From: Octopus vulgaris
Taxonomy: Eukaryota
DNA: 64,000 nucleotides
Assembly: GCA_951406725.2 (NCBI GenBank)
Contig: OX597838.1
Span: 8,060,001 to 8,124,000 of the forward strand
Direction: 5' to 3'
Part shown: positions 56,330-64,000 of the stretch, one piece after another
How positions within the stretch are numbered: position 1 is the stretch's first letter
How the letters are laid out: each line of letters begins with the position of its first letter
Made by a program: the position numbers and the translations under genes
The notes under the pieces: model-generated
Told to the model about the DNA's origin: nothing
Database searches by the model: none
Seen by the model: the letters and a program-made list of their open reading frames with translations, nothing else

Positions 56330-56765
56330 CCCTGCAAACGACACTGGCATTGAAGAGTTTGAAAAGCTCAAAGGCAGTTGAGTCTGCAAATGCTATGGAG
56401 AGCGAAGAATTTACAAGATTTATGGTCACTAAAGCCTGAAATAGTCAGACTCCGAAAGACCAGCAAATGCTATGCAGAGCGAAGAATTTACAAGATTCGT
56501 GGTCACTGAAGCATGCAATAGTCAAGGACACTGAAAAGCCTGGAAATGCTACCGAGAGTGAAGAATTTGTAAGATTCATGGTCACCAAATCCTGCAATAG
56601 TTAAGGACATTGAAGGGCCTTCAAATGCTATGGACACTGGAAAGCTTGTAAAGGCCACGGGCACTGAAGAATCTGCAAGAATCACCGTCACTGAAAATCT
56701 AGCAAGGTTTGAGATTTTTGAAAAGTTTGCAAGGACATGGTCAACAAAAATTTGTAAAGACCTAA
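56330..56765 (+). repeat. Degenerate minisatellite, ~27-bp monomer with ~78-bp higher-order period
   Basis: AAATGCTA at 56388, 56465, 56544, 56623; GAAGAATTT..AAGATT..TGGTCAC three times. Confidence 0.85.
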
Positions 56766-58040
56766 GGCATTACCACCTTGTCGTGATTATCTCGGGATAA
56801 AAGCTTATAGCAAAGATAAGACTGAAAATATAAACCACAAAATCTGAAACTCAAATAATGTTTACAACATTAAACAAAAAAGAAAAAAAGAAAAACAAAC
56901 AAATTGAAAACGTTTTTTGTTGTTTTTTTTTAAATATTTATTAATGTTCTCCGTCTTTACATTCAATTCGATTCTAAACCAATGTTGCAATGTCTCTATT
57001 AAGCATTCGCTTAGAATCTTGTACATCTAAACATGTCAATCCGGACATGTAGTTTTTAAAAGGTGACACGCATCATCAGCATCATCATCATCATCATCAT
57101 CACCATCACAACAACAGGACAAATCTAAGTTTTTTGTTGTTTTTATTTTTTTTTTTAAAGACCATATATGGATATAGTGGGGGTGGGGGATAGAGTGGAA
57201 GGGATTTTTTTTTTCATTAAAATTAATTTGAGTTTATAATCATTAAGTTTTAGCGTATTATATATATATATATTATTTTTATTTAATTGTCTTTTTTTAG
57301 TATTATAAATTTTCGATTTTTCATTTTATTTTATTTTATTTTTTTATTTTTTTATTTTTTTACTTTTTTGCTTTTCTTATCTCAATTCCAATAGACACAC
57401 AAGGCCGATTGTTCAAAAGAAAAAGGTGAAAAGCCGATAAACTGAATCGAATACCCAGTATATATTACTGGTATTTATAATCTTTATCGAATACCACCCC
57501 ATGGTTTGAAAGGCAATGTTAAAACACCCCCCACCCACCCAGGGGGAGATTTGAACTCAGAACGTAGGGCTACGGAATTAAATACTGTAAAATGAATTCT
57601 GTCAAACACTAAGCCATTTGAATCAACTCAGACACCGCTCTTACCAACATCAATATTCTTTTTTATTTATATTTTCCATTTTTTTTTGTATTTTTTTCTT
57701 TTGTTTTCACGTTAATGTATTTTTGTTGTTTTTTTTATTCTTTTGTTGTTTTTTTTTGTTTTGTTTTTTTTTTTAAACTTAGATTCAAGGCCAACAGAGT
57801 TTAATATCGATTGATTCAACGATTGATTGATTGTACGTCTTGCCAACCAGTGTGTATTACTGGTATTTATATATATATCATTGAATAAAAAGGCAAAGAT
57901 AACAACGCCATCACCACCACCACCACCACCACTACCACCACCACCACACAATTACCTTCGACAACCTCCAACCATCACCACCACCACCGCCACCACCACC
58001 TCAACCATCAACGCTGCCGGTGGCATTCCAGTTTATTCAT

Positions 58041-58075
<35 letters not shown>

Positions 58076-58342
58076 TTTCGGAATCAGAAGGTGAGAAGCA
58101 GAGTTCGAAACCGAACTACATAGATGTAAGACACGTAGTCCGGCGCTTTACAGCTTCTGGAATTTTCATTTTTACCATTTTACCATTTTCTTTTTATGTT
58201 TCTTTTTATTACTTTAATACTCAACATATTTCTTCAAACAAACCAAGATTTATTTTTCTGAGGGATAAAAAAAACAACATTTCTCATATGTTTGTGTGTA
58301 TGTGTGTATGTATGTATGTATGTATGTATGTATGTATATGTA

Positions 58343-58484
<142 letters not shown>

Positions 58485-58740
58485 CGTATATATATATGTA
58501 TATATATGTATATATAATATATAAGGTATATATTATGTATATATTTAACAAAACTAATTATTTGGTCATGATAATTTGGTAATGGAACTTTTTTTTCTAA
58601 GTTCAACCAATAAAATAATGGGTCCGGTTATTTTTCATTTCCATTTTTTTTCTCTGTTTTGAAGCAGTTCTTTCGCTTTTCATTTCGTCTTGTCGCATTA
58701 TTTTCGTATCTTCAATTTTTTAAGACAACGCATACTTGCT

Positions 58741-58796
<56 letters not shown>

Positions 58797-58882
58797 ATAT
58801 ATATATATATATATGTATACATATATATAAGTATATTGTGTATAGACAGACAGATAGATAGATAGATAGTATAGATAGATAT

Positions 58883-58928
<46 letters not shown>

Positions 58929-59629
58929 TGCATATACCTACACGCATGCACGCAAACACACACACACATATAAGTATTTACACGTGTATATGTATACACA
59001 CACGCTCACTCGTATATATGATTTCGTTTGAGATCGCCTTTGTGGACGCTCTATCATGTGACAATGTGATGGCGTTGTAATTGGGTTTTTTCTTTATTTT
59101 CGTATTGTTTGTGTGTATTCCGAGCGAAAAACAAGTGTCTAATATTACGAGTGTGTCGGTAAAGTTTTTAGGCACATACACGCGCACACACACACACATA
59201 CATACATACATACATACATATATACATACATACATACATACATACATACATACATACATACATACATACATACATACATACACGCATACATACATACATA
59301 CATACATACACACATACATACATACATACATATACACACATATGTCATATATATATACAGGGTTGTATGTGTGTATGTATATACCTGTCTTTCCTTCATT
59401 CTGAGTTACCCTGTGTGGGTATAAAATGTGATAGACATACACACAGATATACTTATATGAATATATATATATATGTATATATATATATGTATGTATGTAT
59501 GTATGTATATATATGTATGTATATGCATATGTATATATATATACATTTTTGTGTCTATACCTATGTGTTTGTGTGTATATGCATGTGTATGCATAAATAT
59601 ATGTATGTATGTATATATGTATGTATGTA

Positions 59630-59662
<33 letters not shown>

Positions 59663-60180
59663 CATATATATACGTAAATACATAGAATAACAGATATGCA
59701 TAAACAGACAAATAGAGACGCACGCATGCACACACATATATACACACGCAAGAAAAATATACAAACAAGACATTATAAGCTATTTCGTTATAGCGTGCAT
59801 TATTTCTGAACTATTTTCTTTGTTATTTATTTATTATTTTATTGTATGTAAAAATTTCTTTTTCGAACTGTTTTTGTTGGGGCATTTTTTTAAAAGCTGT
59901 TTTTTTTACGGCGATTATTTTTTTTTTTAATATATCTTTGTTTTTTATAACCTCTTAAGAAATCAATTTTGGAAACCTAAGGATAATTTTAAAACTTTTA
60001 TATTCTAGGAGTTTAAAAGGTAATGGACGAAAAGGAGAAGTGTAGAGACAGGCAACGGAAACGGGATTAAGTTGGCATTGTAATTAAATAAGTAGACTTC
60101 CTTCTCCAAGACTTAAAAGCTGGAATTGTTTTCTGGAAATAAGAGCTAAATATATAAAATTATTCTCAATATTATAGACG

Positions 60181-60812
60181 CGTGGATTTGGTAGACGGAA
60201 ACTGAAAGAAGCCTGTCGTATATATGTATATATATATGTGTATGTGTGTGTATATGTTTGTGTGTCTGTGTTTGTACCTCTAGCATTGCTTGACAACCGA
60301 TGCTGGTGTGTTTACATCCCCGTCAAAAGAGACCGATAGAATAAGTAACTGGGTTTACAAAGAATAAGTCCCGAGGTCGATTTGCTCCAGCATGGCCGCA
60401 GTCAAACGACTGAAACAAGTAAAAGAGTATTATTCCTTTCTACTATAAACACAAGGCCTGAAAATTTTGGGGAGGGTGCTAATCGATAAAATCGATCCCT
60501 GTGCTTATCTGGCACTTATTTTATCGACCTCGAAAGGATGAAATGCAAAGGTGATCTCAGTGGAATTTGAACTCAGAACTTAAAGTCAGATGAAATGCCG
60601 CCAAACGTTTTAGTCCGGCACGCTAACGATTCTGTCAGCTCAAGAGCCACAAGGCCTTGAATTTCGAGAGGAGGGGGGATTAGTCGGTTACATCGACCCC
60701 AGTTTTTCACTGGTACTTAAATTATCAACCCCGAAAGGATGAAAGACAAAGTCGACCTCAGTGGAATGTGAACTCAGAATGTAGCGGCAGATGAAATAAC
60801 GCTAAGCATTTC
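60181..60812. mobile_element. Family A 3' half (plus, 60181-60428) followed by two family D copies (minus, 60430-60812)
   Basis: GTGGATTTGGTAGACGGAAACTG..GAAACAAGTAAAAGAG; CGAAAGGATGAAA..GAACTCAGAA twice. Confidence 0.82.
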
Positions 60813-61527
60813 CCAAGACGTCCCTGACAGTGTCGAGGTTCCTGTGCACCTTACATGGAATTTCCTTTGGTCGTGGGGCTCCAGATACACTCAAACACAC
60901 ACACATATATGCATATATATATATATATATATATATACATACATATATATATACACGCATATATATATATATACATATATGCATACATATATATATGCAT
61001 ATATATATGCGTATATATATATATACATACATATATGTATGCATATACATGCATATACATATTTATATATATGCATATATATATACATATATAACATATA
61101 ATATACTCACATGCGCGCGTGTGTGTGTAACAAATAAAGTATATATATATATATAGTGAATCTGTACACCAGCCACACAGCAAATAACTATACAAGTAAT
61201 CCATATTCTGATGATGGAAATAAATCCGAAACGTTTCCTTTTGGAAATAGATGAAAATAGCACGCCAATAAACAGCAAGCATTGGGCCATTCTTTGCAAT
61301 TTTAAAGAATGATATATCTTAACTTTTGCGGGATAATCAGTAAGCATCACACATACATTATCACACACAGACATAAGCACGCACCTATACATACACATTT
61401 ATACGCATATAACTATACATAAATACACACATACATACATACAGATATACATACATGCATACATATATACATACGTACGTACATACATACATACATGCAT
61501 ACATACATACATACATACATACATACA

Positions 61528-61561
<34 letters not shown>

Positions 61562-62408
61562 CATACATACATATATACATACATGCATACATACATACAT
61601 GCATACATACAATGATCCTCAAGGGTAACTTTAGTTAACTGGAAACAATGGATTGGTCATGGAGTGGATTCTACCTGTAAGTGAAAGATCCAATCTTGTC
61701 GCGCTGATTCCATCGGAAAATTACGTTAAGGGTCGACGTATCTTTGGAATACTCAATTCACAGACATTCTGATTGAATGAGTCCAATAATTCTGTTCCTC
61801 AGAAATTGAATAGTCTTAGGTAGCATTACTGACCAAAATCCATTTATTTACACACACATGGATACACCTTGACTCTCTCTCTCTCCCTCTCTCCCTCTCA
61901 CGCACACACACACACACACACACATGGTGAGTGTGTCAGTAATTGTTGGCTTTAATCCTGGAATTGCGGCCATACTGGAGAACAACTTTGAAGGGTGTTT
62001 TACTATATCGATCCTTATAGTTGTTTCGGTCTCGTTACTTTCAGATACCAAAATACTGTCCTGTGTATGTAAGAAGTAAGAAATTTACGCTGATGACGTC
62101 ACCAGACGAGTCAGTTAACCGCTGTCTTTTGGGGTTTTTTTTTGGGGGGGGGGGGCGCGCAGGAAACACAGTCTGTGTCCGGAGAACGTACTTAACATTA
62201 CAAACCAAATCACTCGCAAAACACACACGCTCATATATTTACATATATGGTCACACATTTAGGTCTATATATGTTTACGTAGATAGATAAACAGGAAGAT
62301 AGAGGTATAAATACCTACGTTTACAGAGAGAAAGAGAGAGAGAGAGAGAGAGCGATTTTTCAGTACACATTCGTCTTAAACCGTATTTCATCATATTATG
62401 ATCATAAA

Positions 62409-62461
<53 letters not shown>

Positions 62462-62642
62462 CACATTTTTTTTTTACTTCAGTTTATACATATACATACA
62501 AACATATATATATGCACTCACTTATAAGTGCATAATTTGTATATATACATACATATCTATATATATATACACATACATGTACATACATATATATACTTAT
62601 ACCTAAATATACATATACATATACATATATGTGTGTGTGTGT

Positions 62643-62679
<37 letters not shown>

Positions 62680-63327
62680 CAGACATATACATATATATAC
62701 ATATATATATATGCATATATATATACACACACACATATATATATGTATATATGTATATATATGTGTATATATATGAATATATATGTATATGTCTGTATAT
62801 GTATATGCATGTATATGTATATATATACATATTGGGTGAGAAATATAGTGTTTGTATGCGTGTATGCGTGTGTATATATAAATATCCGTATGTATGTATG
62901 CATATGTGTATGCATATACATATATAGATAGCTCTGAACTTGCTTACTATTATGATACATTTTGCGTAGCCTCGTGTTCTTAAATGAAATCACTGTTTAC
63001 TTCCAAACAGTAGAATTTACCTTTCATAAAAGACAAAATATAATATAATAAACAGAACAACCACGTATAAAGGAAAGGATTTTGATATTTGACTGAAATG
63101 CAGCTTCGTTGGAATGCTCTTCATGTTTGTAATTCTTATAAACCATTATTCTGTCCAATTCTGGTCAGAACCGATGAAGGAAGACAATGTGTGACTCCAT
63201 CTTGAAGTTACGAGTTTTACTGTTTCGTTTGGTTTTTATTATTATGCACGAAATGAATAATGAAAATATAACAGTACCGCTGTTATGTATATATGGATAC
63301 TTGCATATATGTATGTATATAAATACA

Positions 63328-63361
<34 letters not shown>

Positions 63362-63445
63362 ATATTCCTATGAGGATACATATGTGCATATATGTATATA
63401 AACGTATATATAATATATATTTTTTGTATAAACATATTCATATAA

Positions 63446-63480
<35 letters not shown>

Positions 63481-63726
63481 TATGTTGATAAACATACATA
63501 CTTATGCGTGTATAGATATATGTATATCTCTCTGTGTGTATGTATTTGTGTTTATGTATTGTTTGAAGAAGTCATATTGAGCGAAACGTATGGCCATTTG
63601 TAAAGAATCGCTTTAATTTAATTTTATATATGTATGTGTGTTTAAATACACCAGTCACTATATATGTATACCACTCAAGTATGCATGTGATGTGCATACT
63701 AGAAGAATGTGTGTAAGTTACTTGTG

Positions 63727-63911
63727 TTACAAAGTAACTTGTGAACTTAATGTACCCCTATCAGGAAGGGCACTGGCAGCAAGTGCTTCCGAATGTTCTC
63801 TAGCACGCCGACGAAGCTCGGCTACACTCGTAGTTCTCTGTTCATGCGCAGCAAACACACTAGGGCCGGCTGAGTTCCTCGGTGTACAGCAAGCACACAG
63901 CGGTAGACAAC
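63727..63911 (-). CDS. Drgx: Terminal coding exon of a paired-like homeobox gene with OAR domain, most like DRGX/Drg11/Prrxl1; upstream exons outside the window
   Basis: Acceptor tttttccttgcag|GT (AG at 63913-63912, phase 1); peptide CLPLCACCTPRNSAGPSVFAAHEQRTTSVAELRRRAREHSEALAASALPDRGTLSSQVTL*; PLC.CC plus RT.SVA.LR..AREHSEA matches vertebrate DRGX as I recall it; GC-rich island. Confidence 0.8.
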
Positions 63912-64000
63912 CTGCAAGGAAAAATATAACAAAATTAAACGAAAACATAGAAATGTCTTACGTAAAGTATACTAGCCATCTCAATATGGCTAACCACTGT

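Noticed and set aside
62089-62115. CTGATGA-cgtc-acca-gacg hammerhead-like fragment
   Set aside because: No GAAA, stem III or stem I follows.
63235-63240. Minus-strand AATAAA as poly(A) signal of the Drgx-like gene
   Set aside because: Hexamer is common in this AT-rich DNA; needs 3'-end data.

Overview
Eukaryotic, AT-rich, microsatellite-saturated DNA; the tRNA-derived SINE families and the (TA)n/(TACA)n/(GATA)n/(TAA)n density point to an octopus-type cephalopod genome (inference). Almost every ORF in the supplied track is a microsatellite or SINE artefact. The only well-supported host coding sequence is a minus-strand terminal exon at 63727-63911 encoding PLCACC plus an OAR motif (TSVAELRRRAREHSEAL), typical of the paired-like homeobox gene Drgx (Drg11/Prrxl1). 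The other ~63 kb lies downstream of it and holds at least six SINE-like families, four R4/Dong LINE relics, CR1-like, RTE and HERO/R2-like fragments, a DD37D (maT) transposon relic nested in a SINE, and islands of unique DNA that may be regulatory. The most notable signals are RNA-structural: a near-canonical minimal type I hammerhead ribozyme inside an 88-bp inverted repeat (8689-8931), a tRNA-headed SINE-like element carrying a hammerhead motif in its tail (two copies), further hammerhead-like Penelope-type termini, and a stem-loop tail shared by the commonest SINE and a CR1-like LINE. Family letters A-F are local labels. Coordinates were read by eye and ends may be off by a few bases.
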